Shown: in pieces, positions 39,124 through 49,182 of the stretch
How positions within the stretch are numbered: position 1 is the stretch's first letter
Layout of the letters: each line of letters starts with the position of its first letter
Virus record (IMG/VR): IMGVR_UViG_3300006793_005371
Coordinates: 1 to 62,600 of that record
Strand: one strand, 5' to 3'
DNA: 62,600 nt
DNA from: a virus
Lineage: Duplodnaviria > Caudoviricetes
Program-made: the position numbers and the translations under genes
The notes under the pieces: model-generated
Told to the model about the DNA's origin: nothing
Seen by the model: only the letters and a program-made list of their open reading frames with translations
Database searches by the model: none

Positions 39124-39539
39124 TATTAAAACTATTAGAAAAATTGGGTAGAAAGAGAGTTATACTTGATGCAGACAACGAGCCGTACCTAACAAGGTAT
39201 TACTTGTTTTTAAAAGATAGGAAATGGTTTCCGTTTAACATATTCCTACACAACTTTCACAAAGGAGATCCGGATGACTTACACGATCATCCTTGGCCTT
39301 TTATCACTATTATCCTTAAAGGGGGTTATTGGGAACATACGCCGACTGGCAAGTACTGGCGGCCCGCAGGTACGGTACGCCTTGCAGGCAGTAGTCAACT
39401 TCATCGCGTTGAGCTTGAGCCTGGCGTTGCTGTTTGGACATTATTTTTTCCAGGTCCAGTGATAAGAGAATGGGGATTTATGAAAAAAGGTAAGTGGGTA
39501 CAACACGAAAAGTACCTTGCAGAACGATATAAAAACTAA
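39120..39539 (+). CDS. Cupin-fold phage protein
   Basis: LHDHPWPF, GGYWEH, HRVEL, WTLF, REWGF. Confidence 0.8.
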   Translation: MILKLLEKLGRKRVILDADNEPYLTRYYLFLKDRKWFPFNIFLHNFHKGDPDDLHDHPWPFITIILKGGYWEHTPTGKYWRPAGTVRLAGSSQLHRVELEPGVAVWTLFFPGPVIREWGFMKKGKWVQHEKYLAERYKN

Positions 39540-39555
39540 GGCAGGACACAAAGAT

Positions 39556-40770
39556 ATGAAAATGGCAGTTACAGGAGTTGGAGTTGTTTCTCCACTAGGA
39601 AATGACTTACCGACTAATATAGAAAATTTAAAGGACATGGTAGTGCCGTTAGCAGATGCTAGGATTAAAGATGACCCTATAGCATCACCACTAATGAAAC
39701 TATCCAAAATATTTCATGCGAACTACGATGATGTAAACATTGACGATTTAGTTCCAGACAGAGATCAACGTTATTCAGATCCTATTTGTACTACAAGTTT
39801 AATTGCAGTTGATGAAGCAGTTAGGATGAGCGGAATAAAAAAATTACCTGAAGATACTCCAGTGTTTGTGGGCAGTATTCAAGGTGGTTGTTTAAGTGAA
39901 CTAGATTGGGTAACAGATCTAATCAAAGGTAGAAGAAAAATACACCCTAAAGTATTGCTTAACTCTGCACAAGAATATGTTAGTAACGTAATAAGCGAAC
40001 ATTATAAAATACATGGTCCTGCAAGTGTTATTGCCGCAACATGTATCTCTGGTGTACAAGCATTACAAACAGCAGAAAAGTACTTAGAGACGGGCACAGA
40101 CGTTGCTATCGTAGGTGCTACAGATTTCATGACGTCAAGTACAACACTATACTACTTTCAGGCATTAGGTGCCCATTCAAATACACCAAAGAGTGTACCA
40201 TGGGACATTGACCGAGATGGTATTATACCAGGAGAGGGTAGTGTGTACTTGATTGTTGAACCCTTAGAAAAAGCAGAGGCTCGAGGTGCTAACATACGTT
40301 GGGTTATTGACGGCATAGGTATTGCCAGTGATGCTCATCACCCTACTCAACCGGACCCAGAAGGTACTGGTGGTAGATTAGCAATACAACAAGCAATGGA
40401 TAGAGCAGGTACTACAAAAGAAGATTACAATGTTGTGAATGCACATGCCACAGGCACACCAGTTGGCGACCCTGTAGAGTTTAATGTACTAAAAGAATAC
40501 TTTAACAAAGACTCCTGGTTATACAGTAACAAAGGACAGATAGGACATATGATGGGTGCTAGTTGTCTAATAGAACTGGTGCTGGGTGCAGAAGCAATGA
40601 CACAAGACTTTATTCCAGGTAATGCAGGACTTGTGGAGCCATTTGATACATCACACTTTGCATTTACATTTGATAGTAAAAAGCATTTTGATTATAATAG
40701 ACTTATGAAAACAAGTTTTGGATTTGGAGGTAGGAGTTCCGCTGTGAGTGTAAGCAAATATGAAAAGTAA
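39556..40770 (+). CDS. fabF: Beta-ketoacyl-ACP synthase (FabF/FabB family)
   Basis: VTGVGVVSPLG, ATC, GEG, NAHATGTPVGD, KGQIGHMMGA, SFGFGG. Confidence 0.9.
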   Translation: MKMAVTGVGVVSPLGNDLPTNIENLKDMVVPLADARIKDDPIASPLMKLSKIFHANYDDVNIDDLVPDRDQRYSDPICTTSLIAVDEAVRMSGIKKLPEDTPVFVGSIQGGCLSELDWVTDLIKGRRKIHPKVLLNSAQEYVSNVISEHYKIHGPASVIAATCISGVQALQTAEKYLETGTDVAIVGATDFMTSSTTLYYFQALGAHSNTPKSVPWDIDRDGIIPGEGSVYLIVEPLEKAEARGANIRWVIDGIGIASDAHHPTQPDPEGTGGRLAIQQAMDRAGTTKEDYNVVNAHATGTPVGDPVEFNVLKEYFNKDSWLYSNKGQIGHMMGASCLIELVLGAEAMTQDFIPGNAGLVEPFDTSHFAFTFDSKKHFDYNRLMKTSFGFGGRSSAVSVSKYEK

Positions 40771-41203
40771 AATGATTCCATATTACATGAATATTGCTCA
40801 TGAGACTGCAAAACTCAGTGTAGCCAAACGTGCCCAAGTAGGTTGTATTATTGTAAAAGATAATCGTATCATTAGTATCGGTTATAATGGTATGCCTAGT
40901 GGTTGGGATAACGAATGCGAAACAATTAAAGAACAGCATGACATAGGCACAGTAACTTTGCATACCAAACCAGAAGTGCTACATGCAGAAACTAATGCTA
41001 TTGCCAAAGTTGCACAAAGCAACGATAGTTGTAAAGATGCTGTATTGTTTTGTACACATTTACCATGTATTGAATGTGCTAAAATTATACACCAAGCGGG
41101 GATAAGTAAAGTATATTATGATGTGGAGTATATGGCCGCAAAAGGCACTGGTAAACAATTTTTAGATAAAAGTAATATAGAGGTAGAACAATGTCAGCAA
41201 TAA
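40760..41203 (+). CDS. dCMP deaminase
   Basis: GYNG, HAETNAI, PCIEC. Confidence 0.93.
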   Translation: MKSKMIPYYMNIAHETAKLSVAKRAQVGCIIVKDNRIISIGYNGMPSGWDNECETIKEQHDIGTVTLHTKPEVLHAETNAIAKVAQSNDSCKDAVLFCTHLPCIECAKIIHQAGISKVYYDVEYMAAKGTGKQFLDKSNIEVEQCQQ

Positions 41204-41361
41204 CAGTACAAGATATACTACATGTTATACTTGGTACAATACTATGCGCCGGCATGCTTAAGGCTGTATGGATATCAACAATCATCAATGATGAACGAAA
41301 GCAAAGATATAGAGACGGCACACATGATTATTACGGAAATAGAATCGAGGAGGATGAATGA
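41191..41361 (+). CDS. Small membrane protein (56 aa)
   Basis: Manual translation; GAGG RBS; ATGA coupling to nfuA. Confidence 0.5.
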   Translation: MSAITVQDILHVILGTILCAGMLKAVWISTIINDERKQRYRDGTHDYYGNRIEEDE

Positions 41362-41957
41362 CAACAATAACACTAGATGAATATAGTATAACTGTAACTG
41401 AACCAGCCCAGATGTATTTGGCTGAACTACTATCTAAGCAAGATGATGTTATTGGTGTACGTTTATATGTTGACAAAGCAGGTACTCCTAAAGCAGAAAC
41501 ATTATTAACATATTGTAGAGAAGGTAATCACGATGGTACAGTACTTCGTGAGTTTGAACACTTGAACGTGTACCTCGATGAGCAAAGTATTAAGTTCTTA
41601 CATGAAGCAACTGTTAATTATGATCAAGAAGAATACGGTGGAAGTCTAACAATAAAAGCACCTAACAGTAAACTACCTAGACTAGGTGAAGATGCCTCAC
41701 TAGAAGAAAAAGTTAATTATGTATTATGGAATGATGTAAACCCAGGTATTGCCGCACACGGTGGCGAGTGCAACTTAGTTGAAATCACAGAAGACAAAGT
41801 TGCAATACTAAGTTTTGGTGGAGGGTGCCAAGGTTGTGCCCAAGTTGATGTAACTCTTAAATATGGTGTTGAAAAGCAACTAATGGATGAACTTCCAGAA
41901 TTAACAGGTGTTAAAGATGTTACTGACCACAGTGACACATCTAATGCCTTTTATTAA
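41358..41957 (+). CDS. nfuA: Fe-S biogenesis protein NfuA
   Basis: GTPKAE, LTIKAPN, NPGIAAHGG, FGGGCQGC, VKDVTDH. Confidence 0.95.
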   Translation: MTTITLDEYSITVTEPAQMYLAELLSKQDDVIGVRLYVDKAGTPKAETLLTYCREGNHDGTVLREFEHLNVYLDEQSIKFLHEATVNYDQEEYGGSLTIKAPNSKLPRLGEDASLEEKVNYVLWNDVNPGIAAHGGECNLVEITEDKVAILSFGGGCQGCAQVDVTLKYGVEKQLMDELPELTGVKDVTDHSDTSNAFY

Positions 41958-42028
41958 TAAATAGTTGTTGTATACAAAACCACAGACACACTATTGTTAA
42001 CAAATAAACACATATATGGAGAAAAATT

Positions 42029-42751
42029 ATGTTAGACCCACGTCAAGAAATCATGGAAATGATTCATGGTGTCAGGGAAAGTTTAAACGCACTCGAAATG
42101 AAACTATGGGAAATTCCACACCACGAACCAGTTGAAGAATACGAAGAAGTATTTGTAGCACCAGCAGTAGGAGACTACATGCACCCATCAACACCAACTC
42201 ACCCATGTCCAGAGGGATTAGGCGAAGGCGCCTATTGGGATGAATGTTGTCAGTGTTGGATGCAACCAAACGAATACGAATGGGATGATTCAAACCTATT
42301 AACAAACTATCATACTGATATGACATACTTGCCAGAACATGGTAATGTATGGGTAGAAGAAAGCACAAGTGATTGGTCAAACGGTTATGCCGATGACTGG
42401 TATGTTGCCCCTGAAGAAATTGTTGAAGAATACGTTGAGCCAGTTCCAGCACCAATAATGCCAGCACACGACGAAGTGTACTACGAAACTACTGATAACG
42501 GTAACACAATAGATGCACCTGCCCCAGACACGGCACCAGCACCTGTTGAAACAGAATATCATGAAGAAGCAAACGTAGAGATGTATTTCCACGATGAGGC
42601 AAACGTACATGTAGAAGAAACTACAATGGACGGGTTCCAACAAGCGGGTACAGATGCACCACAAGATGGTCCAGACTTTTCGGACACTGATGCAATACAC
42701 GATGTAATGGACAGTTTATTAGATGATGACGATTCTGATCCTACTACATAG
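42029..42751 (+). CDS. Highly acidic low-complexity protein
   Basis: E/D/P/H rich, almost no K/R; GGAG RBS; terminator after. Confidence 0.7.
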   Translation: MLDPRQEIMEMIHGVRESLNALEMKLWEIPHHEPVEEYEEVFVAPAVGDYMHPSTPTHPCPEGLGEGAYWDECCQCWMQPNEYEWDDSNLLTNYHTDMTYLPEHGNVWVEESTSDWSNGYADDWYVAPEEIVEEYVEPVPAPIMPAHDEVYYETTDNGNTIDAPAPDTAPAPVETEYHEEANVEMYFHDEANVHVEETTMDGFQQAGTDAPQDGPDFSDTDAIHDVMDSLLDDDDSDPTT

Positions 42752-42768
42752 TAGAAGTTAAGATCAAT

Positions 42769-42796
42769 AAAAAAGGGCCATAAAGGCCCTTTTTTT
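42769..42796. terminator. Bidirectional intrinsic terminator
   Basis: AAAAAAGGGCC-ATAAA-GGCCCTTTTTTT. Confidence 0.9.
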
Positions 42797-42808
42797 ATGT
42801 TAACTAAA

Positions 42809-42940
42809 TTAAAAAACTTCGGGCAATATGTTTTCCATATTCCCTGATTTCATCATTAAGTCAAATTTTTCGAAGTAGTCAGATGCCGTGTCACGTAATG
42901 GACGAGTTAATCTGGCTACTATTCCTAATGGATTCGCCAT
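42809..42940 (-). CDS. Small protein (43 aa) absent from ORF track
   Basis: MANPLGIVARLTRPLRDTASDYFEKFDLMMKSGNMENILPEVF; AGGAGA RBS; TAAATA at 43049-43054; ends at terminator. Confidence 0.7.
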   Translation of the reverse strand: MANPLGIVARLTRPLRDTASDYFEKFDLMMKSGNMENILPEVF

Positions 42941-43003
42941 GTTAGTCTCCTATTTGTTGTTTCACAAATGCCCATGTTGTTATAACGTTTCCCCTAGAGG
43001 GGA

Positions 43004-43045
43004 GTGTTACATCTTGACAACAGTTATGTTACAGTTGTGTTACAG
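43004..43045 (-). promoter_or_regulatory. 11-bp-period direct repeats, Pho-box/OmpR-family-like
   Basis: Minus strand CTGTAAC-ACAA-CTGTAAC-ATAA-CTGTTGT-CAAG-ATGTAAC. Confidence 0.45.
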
Positions 43046-43155
43046 AATTATTTATCATCATTAACATTCCTGTTAACAGATTACAGAATTATAACGTAAT
43101 TTAACATAAATCGCTGTTTAAAGGTGGTTAAGTGCATGTTTTCTATACAAAAAGG

Positions 43156-43183
43156 TTGACAAAACCTAGAATTTCTGTATAAT
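43156..43183 (+). promoter_or_regulatory. sigma70-type promoter
   Basis: TTGACA-N16-TATAAT. Confidence 0.8.
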
Positions 43184-43216
43184 AGTTGTATAAGTTAATT
43201 AAAAGAGAAGAAAAAT

Positions 43217-43594
43217 ATGCAAAATTTAAACACACAGAACCAAAGCAAAGACAAAATTGTATCTATACCAGGATATCATATTGGTTCTTTTACTTGCTAC
43301 AATGCAAACGACAAGGATTCAGATTCAGTAAATATTCAACTTACTGCTCTTGAAGAAATGTGGTATGGACATGAAGAGAACATAGACCACCCAGAAGGAT
43401 CAGAGTATCCTGTAAGTATAAATGTTCCTCATATGAAGGTTATGAGAGACAGAGTTGTTGATAGTGTGTTTAACAGAACTGGTATTAATATTAAAGATTT
43501 TGACAGTATTATACATGCTAGTACATCTCCAGGTAGAGATGAGCAAGGTAACATTATTGATCACGGTAACGAAAACATTGTGAGGAATGTATAA
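43217..43594 (+). CDS. Hypothetical protein
   Basis: First ORF after sigma70 promoter. Confidence 0.6.
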   Translation: MQNLNTQNQSKDKIVSIPGYHIGSFTCYNANDKDSDSVNIQLTALEEMWYGHEENIDHPEGSEYPVSINVPHMKVMRDRVVDSVFNRTGINIKDFDSIIHASTSPGRDEQGNIIDHGNENIVRNV

Positions 43595-43941
43595 TGATTA
43601 AGGATAGAAACACAACTGTTCTTGCCACTGACTATCAGAGCACAGAACAAATGAAGAAGTTTATTGTGCATTGCACAGGTGCTAAATTAACTCCAGTTGC
43701 TAACAATACTGATGCATTTTGGATATCAGGTGATAACAGAGGCGACTTCTATGAGAGCAAATACTATAAACTAGTGTTTGGTTATGTAACTGAAGAGTTC
43801 AGAGCAGGCAAGCCAACTAAGTCAGGTTACGGTTTTGACATTCAAGCAACAGGCGATTACAATGCTTGGAGTTTGATGGGCGAGTTTAGAACAATGATCA
43901 AAGAAACAATGGCCGAATATAAAAAAAGCAAGGTAGCATAA
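43594..43941 (+). CDS. Hypothetical protein
   Basis: TAATG coupling. Confidence 0.6.
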   Translation: MIKDRNTTVLATDYQSTEQMKKFIVHCTGAKLTPVANNTDAFWISGDNRGDFYESKYYKLVFGYVTEEFRAGKPTKSGYGFDIQATGDYNAWSLMGEFRTMIKETMAEYKKSKVA

Positions 43942-44114
43942 TGTACGATAAGCCAGAAAACGCACAACTTTCAAGAAGAGAAAGAATACTACTTGACCCA
44001 CTTGGTGCCAGTGAGAAAAGCGATAAAGCCAACAAAGTCAAAAATGAGAAGGAAGGTAGTTTCTACGGATACAATGAAAAGTCTAGAAATTACGAACACG
44101 GGTTGGACGACTAA
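43941..44114 (+). CDS. Small hypothetical protein (57 aa)
   Basis: TAATG overlaps at both ends. Confidence 0.6.
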   Translation: MYDKPENAQLSRRERILLDPLGASEKSDKANKVKNEKEGSFYGYNEKSRNYEHGLDD

Positions 44115-44632
44115 TGCCTAATTGGTGCGGAAACTATACTGAGATTGAAGGTCCAGTAGAAAAAATTAAAGCATTGCATGAAGCAGGCAATGACGAAAAG
44201 TTCTTGGAGTATATGGCTCCAATTGGTAATTGGGATTACAATGATGCTGTAACTACTTGGGGAACTAAGTGGGACATAGACATAGGTCGTATGGAATTCG
44301 AAAAACTTGATAACGATCGTGCAACTATAAAAGGTTACTTTGAATCTGCATGGTCACCGCCTGAACAAGCATTTTTAACGTTTTTGTATAACAATGAAGA
44401 TGTTAATATTAAATTATTATACCACGAACCTTCTATGGATTTTGCAGGCAGTTTAGAACATGGTACAATTATTATATCAGACTTAGGTCTAGACTTTTTC
44501 AACAATGATCCAATTGGACAAGAATTAGATGAGGCTTTTGGTATTGTAGATGACTTAGAACAGTACATCGAAGAGACTATGGAAGAAGCAATTAATACAG
44601 ACCCTACAACAATAACTAATCCAGATGACTAG
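44114..44632 (+). CDS. Api92/DUF1281-like ferredoxin-fold phage protein
   Basis: MPNWC, WGTKWD, FESAWSPP, YHEP. Confidence 0.75.
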   Translation: MPNWCGNYTEIEGPVEKIKALHEAGNDEKFLEYMAPIGNWDYNDAVTTWGTKWDIDIGRMEFEKLDNDRATIKGYFESAWSPPEQAFLTFLYNNEDVNIKLLYHEPSMDFAGSLEHGTIIISDLGLDFFNNDPIGQELDEAFGIVDDLEQYIEETMEEAINTDPTTITNPDD

Positions 44633-44987
44633 GAAACAAAAGAAACAAATTAATAATTTTATACAGTCTACATTGAAAATTGTAGGTTGTACATTTTTGT
44701 TCCTTGGCATGACTATGGCATTAGGTGTAAATCCTCACATGGAACTTACTTCCTACTTGCTATTATTTGCTGGTACTCTAATGATAATAATACATAGTTT
44801 CAGAGACAACGACCACATGTACTTGCTAGTATCAAGTGCAGGGTTTGTACTTGTTGGTGGAGCATTCTTAGACACTGAAACAGCAATAATGATTGCAAAC
44901 AACTATGGCATTGCACTAACTGAAGAACAAGGTTGGTTTGCAAAATACGGTAAAGTGTTTGTAGAAATAATTAAGGCAGTGACATGA
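44625..44987 (+). CDS. Membrane protein
   Basis: Three hydrophobic segments. Confidence 0.6.
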   Translation: MTRKQKKQINNFIQSTLKIVGCTFLFLGMTMALGVNPHMELTSYLLLFAGTLMIIIHSFRDNDHMYLLVSSAGFVLVGGAFLDTETAIMIANNYGIALTEEQGWFAKYGKVFVEIIKAVT

Positions 44988-45078
44988 GATCACTAATTAA
45001 TATGGCAATCATTGTGCAGGTACTAATAATTATATCAGTATTTGCCATGATACAAACAATGTGAATATAAGTAGTAGT

Positions 45079-45300
45079 ATGAAAAAAAGCACTACACAGA
45101 TGACAAAAGCAGAGCTATTTACTGTTCTTAAAGAAAAGGACGAAGTAATAGCAAATCTAAATGCACGAGTGGACGAACTAGAAAACCTTGCTATAGAAAG
45201 TAGAGCTATTCCTATGGATGCTGACGGTAGTCGATTGCTCACGTTAATGAATCAAAAAATTAAAGCACTAGAGGAAACAGTAAATGGCCTTACCAAATAA
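45079..45300 (+). CDS. Small coiled-coil protein
   Basis: Heptad pattern; TATAAGTA 5 nt before ATG. Confidence 0.55.
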   Translation: MKKSTTQMTKAELFTVLKEKDEVIANLNARVDELENLAIESRAIPMDADGSRLLTLMNQKIKALEETVNGLTK

Positions 45301-45685
45301 AGTATTTGTATACGGTACACTAAAAACAGGCGGAAGTATCAGAGGATTGGATCAGTTTGGTTCAGACCATGCTGTTATTGTTAATAGAGCAACAACACAA
45401 TACCCTGATTACGACATGTTAGATTTAGGTGCATTTCCGGGTGTTGTTAAAAATGGCACATACAAAATTCAAGGTGAAGTTTGGCAAGTTAGCGATGAAG
45501 CAATGGATCAACTTGATATGATAGAAGGCTATCCAGACTTTTATAAACGCGAAGAGACACTCACAACAGCAGGCAAGGCTTGGATGTATTACTTAACAAG
45601 AGACGCATGGACTGGCATGAACGACAGTCAAGACTCTCCCCAGATTGATGTAATTAATGATGAGGTCAAGCAGTGGCGGAATTAA
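45284..45685 (+). CDS. Gamma-glutamylcyclotransferase (AIG2-like)
   Basis: VFVYGTLK, GEVW, LDMIEGYP, AWMY. Confidence 0.9.
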   Translation: MALPNKVFVYGTLKTGGSIRGLDQFGSDHAVIVNRATTQYPDYDMLDLGAFPGVVKNGTYKIQGEVWQVSDEAMDQLDMIEGYPDFYKREETLTTAGKAWMYYLTRDAWTGMNDSQDSPQIDVINDEVKQWRN

Positions 45686-46170
45686 AAAAGCATTTCTATA
45701 GTTGGCAAGACGTTGAATTAATGTGTCAAAGCATTATTATGCAGATGTACGCAGACGAATGGCGTCCTGATTACATAGTAGGACTAACCAGAGGTGGCAA
45801 TATACCTGCTACAATAATTTCAAATCAAACAGACATCACATGTCATGCACTTAAAATCAGTTTTAGAGATCAAGCAGAAACAGAATCAAACTGTTGGATG
45901 AGTGAAGATGCATACAATGGTAAAAAAATTCTTATTATTGACGACATCAATGACACTGGCGAAACATTAAACCACTTGCAACAGGATTGGGAATCGAATT
46001 GCTTTCCTGATGATATGAAGTGGGACATGATTTGGGGACACAACGTTAGGTTTGCAACACTAACTGAAAACTTTGGTAGTACGTTTGGTTTTGTAAAATA
46101 TTGTTGTCATGAAATAAACAAATCCGAAGAAGATGTGTGGTTAGTTTATCCGTGGGAAAAACAAGTATAA
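45673..46170 (+). CDS. Purine phosphoribosyltransferase (Gpt-like)
   Basis: VGLTRGG, ILIIDDINDTGET, WLVYPWE. Confidence 0.88.
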   Translation: MAELKKHFYSWQDVELMCQSIIMQMYADEWRPDYIVGLTRGGNIPATIISNQTDITCHALKISFRDQAETESNCWMSEDAYNGKKILIIDDINDTGETLNHLQQDWESNCFPDDMKWDMIWGHNVRFATLTENFGSTFGFVKYCCHEINKSEEDVWLVYPWEKQV

Positions 46171-46173
46171 AAA

Positions 46174-46905
46174 ATGCACACAGTCGAGGTAACTTCAGTA
46201 ACACACTACAGCGACAGGCTTTTTAGTTTTACTACAAATAGACCAAGAACATTTAGATTTAAAAATGGCGAATTCGCTATGATAGGTTTACCAGAAGAAA
46301 AGTACAATGGTGCAAAGCAAGTGTTCAGAGCATATAGTTTAGTTAGTACAAACTACGATGACCATATTGAATTCCTAAGTATTAAGGTACCAAACGGTCC
46401 TTTAACATCAATCTTACAAAATATACAAGAAGGCGATGAGATTCTAATAAAGCCTAAGACAGTGGGCAGTTTAGTTATAGATTACTTGAACCCTAGCGAA
46501 AACCTTGTACTATTAAGCACAGGCACTGGTATAGCACCATTTATGAGTATTATAAGTGACTACGAAACATACGATAGATTTAAGAATGTCTACTTATTCC
46601 ATACTGTAAGAAACATTAACGAACTATCATACATAAATGAAATAGATAATCTGGTTGACTTATTCCGAGGTTTAGTGTATATTAATACTGTTACTCAGGA
46701 ACCATATGTAAGGCCTGGAAGGTTTTGGAATTACATAGAGGACTATCTACCAAGTGGTTTTACTAAAGGTAGAGATACTGTAATGGTATGTGGTTCCCCG
46801 GATTTAAACAAAGGTTGTAGAACAATGTTTAAAAGTTTAGGTTGGCAAGAAGGTAATGTTGGCGAAAGCGGAGACTTCTTGCTAGAAAGAGCATTTGCAG
46901 ACTAA
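46174..46905 (+). CDS. fpr: Ferredoxin-NADP+ reductase
   Basis: FRFKNGEFAMIG, RAYS, GPLTS, STGTGIAPF, CGSP, ERAF. Confidence 0.93.
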   Translation: MHTVEVTSVTHYSDRLFSFTTNRPRTFRFKNGEFAMIGLPEEKYNGAKQVFRAYSLVSTNYDDHIEFLSIKVPNGPLTSILQNIQEGDEILIKPKTVGSLVIDYLNPSENLVLLSTGTGIAPFMSIISDYETYDRFKNVYLFHTVRNINELSYINEIDNLVDLFRGLVYINTVTQEPYVRPGRFWNYIEDYLPSGFTKGRDTVMVCGSPDLNKGCRTMFKSLGWQEGNVGESGDFLLERAFAD

Positions 46906-46915
46906 GGAGAAAACA

Positions 46916-47659
46916 ATGGCAAAATATAGATATAGAATTGAAGGCGGTAGATATGGAGGCGAATGTGCTATCGGTACTGTCTCAGAAGAATTTGCCAAAT
47001 ACTGGGCACCTAAAGTAGAAGCAGATGGTTCACATTCAAGTGGTTTTATTGACCATGTACTGTCACTTAGTGAATGGGACGATGAGCAAGAAGGTATAGA
47101 TAAAGACTCACCGGATATTTTTGAAGATGGCAATGAAGTAGAAGGATGGTATGCAGTAGATGACAAAGAGCATATCAATGCCGCATTTGCAGACGGTGGC
47201 TTCACAGTATCAAGTATTCCAGCAGATGGTTCAGATGATTACGAATATGATGAAAATGAAATCAGTTGCGAAGCATATTGGCTTAAAGGCAGAGAAGGTG
47301 GATACATCAGTACTGATTCAAGCGGTGAAACACCAGAAGGGTGTACTCCTGTAATGGCATTTATGAGTGTTGAGAAAGGTGGCTTTGCTACTTGGTTTGT
47401 TGATACAGACGAAGAGTTTGATCCAATGAAACTTACAATGACAGTTAACGAAACTTGCATGGGTGAGTTTGTTGAGGACCTAGCATACGACAAAGTATGG
47501 CTAGAAGCAAATTACGACTACAACGACACAATGGGTAAAAGTTACGAGGCCGAAGTAGGCTGGAGTACAGACCAGTGGAGAGACGAGTACAAAGATCCAG
47601 AAGAAGATGAAAACATGTCGGAGTATTGGGAAGAGTACGATGATGAACAAGAAGCATAG
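46916..47659 (+). CDS. Highly acidic hypothetical protein
   Basis: AGGAG RBS; E/D and aromatic rich. Confidence 0.65.
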   Translation: MAKYRYRIEGGRYGGECAIGTVSEEFAKYWAPKVEADGSHSSGFIDHVLSLSEWDDEQEGIDKDSPDIFEDGNEVEGWYAVDDKEHINAAFADGGFTVSSIPADGSDDYEYDENEISCEAYWLKGREGGYISTDSSGETPEGCTPVMAFMSVEKGGFATWFVDTDEEFDPMKLTMTVNETCMGEFVEDLAYDKVWLEANYDYNDTMGKSYEAEVGWSTDQWRDEYKDPEEDENMSEYWEEYDDEQEA

Positions 47660-47927
47660 CCATCCTGCATATCAGAGATACCCTCACTTAAAACACTTTG
47701 AATTTTCTACTTCAGATTCTAAAAAAATGTTTGCATGGCTACCAGTAAAAACAGTTACAGGCAAATGGGCATGGTTTGAAACAGTATTTAAAACAACATT
47801 CACGACAATAAATCGCCCAATGGATACTACTGGTGTACATGAGTCACACGAAACAGTTAAAAAAATAACACACACTTACGAAACAGTAGACGAAACTATA
47901 CAAAGGAAACTATCTAATGAGAATTGA
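47640..47927 (+). CDS. Hypothetical phage protein
   Basis: [13 protein letters not shown] motif. Confidence 0.6.
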   Translation: MMNKKHSHPAYQRYPHLKHFEFSTSDSKKMFAWLPVKTVTGKWAWFETVFKTTFTTINRPMDTTGVHESHETVKKITHTYETVDETIQRKLSNEN

Positions 47928-49044
47928 AAGAGACATTAAACTAGATTACAGTGATGTACTATTTCGTCCAAAGCGAAGTGCTATGTTAAGCAGAGGTGAT
48001 GTTAATTTAGAAAGGTCATATCAATTTAAACATAGTCAAAGGTATTACACAGGTGTACCAATTATGGCCAGCAACATGGATGGTGTTGGCACATGGGATA
48101 TGGCACTTGCACTTGCAAAGAACAATATGTTCACATGCTTGGTCAAAGAAGAAGACCCGGCATTCTTTTGGGATTGGTTAAATAACAATCCTTACAAATC
48201 AGATTTAGTACAACACATGGCAGTTAGTACAGGTGTTACAGATATAGACGAGCAACGAATTGAGAAAACACTTAACCTAAACAAATCATTAGAGTATGTG
48301 TGTATTGATGTTGCTAATGGATACAGTGAAGGATTTTTAGACTTTGTAAAAAGATTCAGAGAGAAATATCCTAAACTAACAATTATTGCAGGCAATGTAG
48401 TAACGCCTGATATCACAGAGGAGTTAATTTTAAGTGGAGCAGATATCGTTAAAGTGGGCATTGGCCCTGGTAGTGTTTGTACTACTCGCATTAAGACTGG
48501 CGTTGGATATCCGCAACTCTCAGCAGTCATTGAGTGTGCCGATGCCGCTCATGGTCTTGGCGGACACATCATTGCTGATGGCGGTTGTTCAAGTCCTGGA
48601 GATGTAGCAAAGGCATTTGGTGCCGGAGCAGACTTTGTTATGCTTGGTGGCATGTTAGCAGGACACGACGAAGGCGGCGGTGAGGTGGTAAATAAATTTG
48701 TAGAGATTAATGAACTACAATATGAAGTTGGAGCACACTTAGATCACTGTAAGCACAAAGTAAAAGAAAAGAAGTTTGTAGAGTTTCATGGTATGAGTTC
48801 AAATACAGCACAGGAGAACAATGATGTTAAAGATTACAGAACAAGCGAAGGCAGGGTTGTACAGATTCCTTACAAAGGTGCAGTCGCCAATAGTATTAGA
48901 GACATACTTGGTGGTCTTCGCAGTACTTGTACTTATGTTGGTGCAAAGAGCTTAAAGGAATTAAGTAAACGCACAACATTTATTCAAGTAAGTAATAGTA
49001 AACAATATAATACAGTTTACGAATCAAACACAATTGGAGAATAA
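47917..49044 (+). CDS. guaC: GMP reductase
   Basis: [42 protein letters not shown]. Confidence 0.95.
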   Translation: MRIERDIKLDYSDVLFRPKRSAMLSRGDVNLERSYQFKHSQRYYTGVPIMASNMDGVGTWDMALALAKNNMFTCLVKEEDPAFFWDWLNNNPYKSDLVQHMAVSTGVTDIDEQRIEKTLNLNKSLEYVCIDVANGYSEGFLDFVKRFREKYPKLTIIAGNVVTPDITEELILSGADIVKVGIGPGSVCTTRIKTGVGYPQLSAVIECADAAHGLGGHIIADGGCSSPGDVAKAFGAGADFVMLGGMLAGHDEGGGEVVNKFVEINELQYEVGAHLDHCKHKVKEKKFVEFHGMSSNTAQENNDVKDYRTSEGRVVQIPYKGAVANSIRDILGGLRSTCTYVGAKSLKELSKRTTFIQVSNSKQYNTVYESNTIGE

Positions 49045-49182
49045 TGTGGAACAGACACATCAGAATAATAAAATTAGATTCCAAAACAAAAAGATCAAAG
49101 ACCAGCAACAACAAATTGATGAACAATCAAAACGCATTGCCGAATGGATAGCACAACAAAAAGATCCAAAGCATAATCAAGA

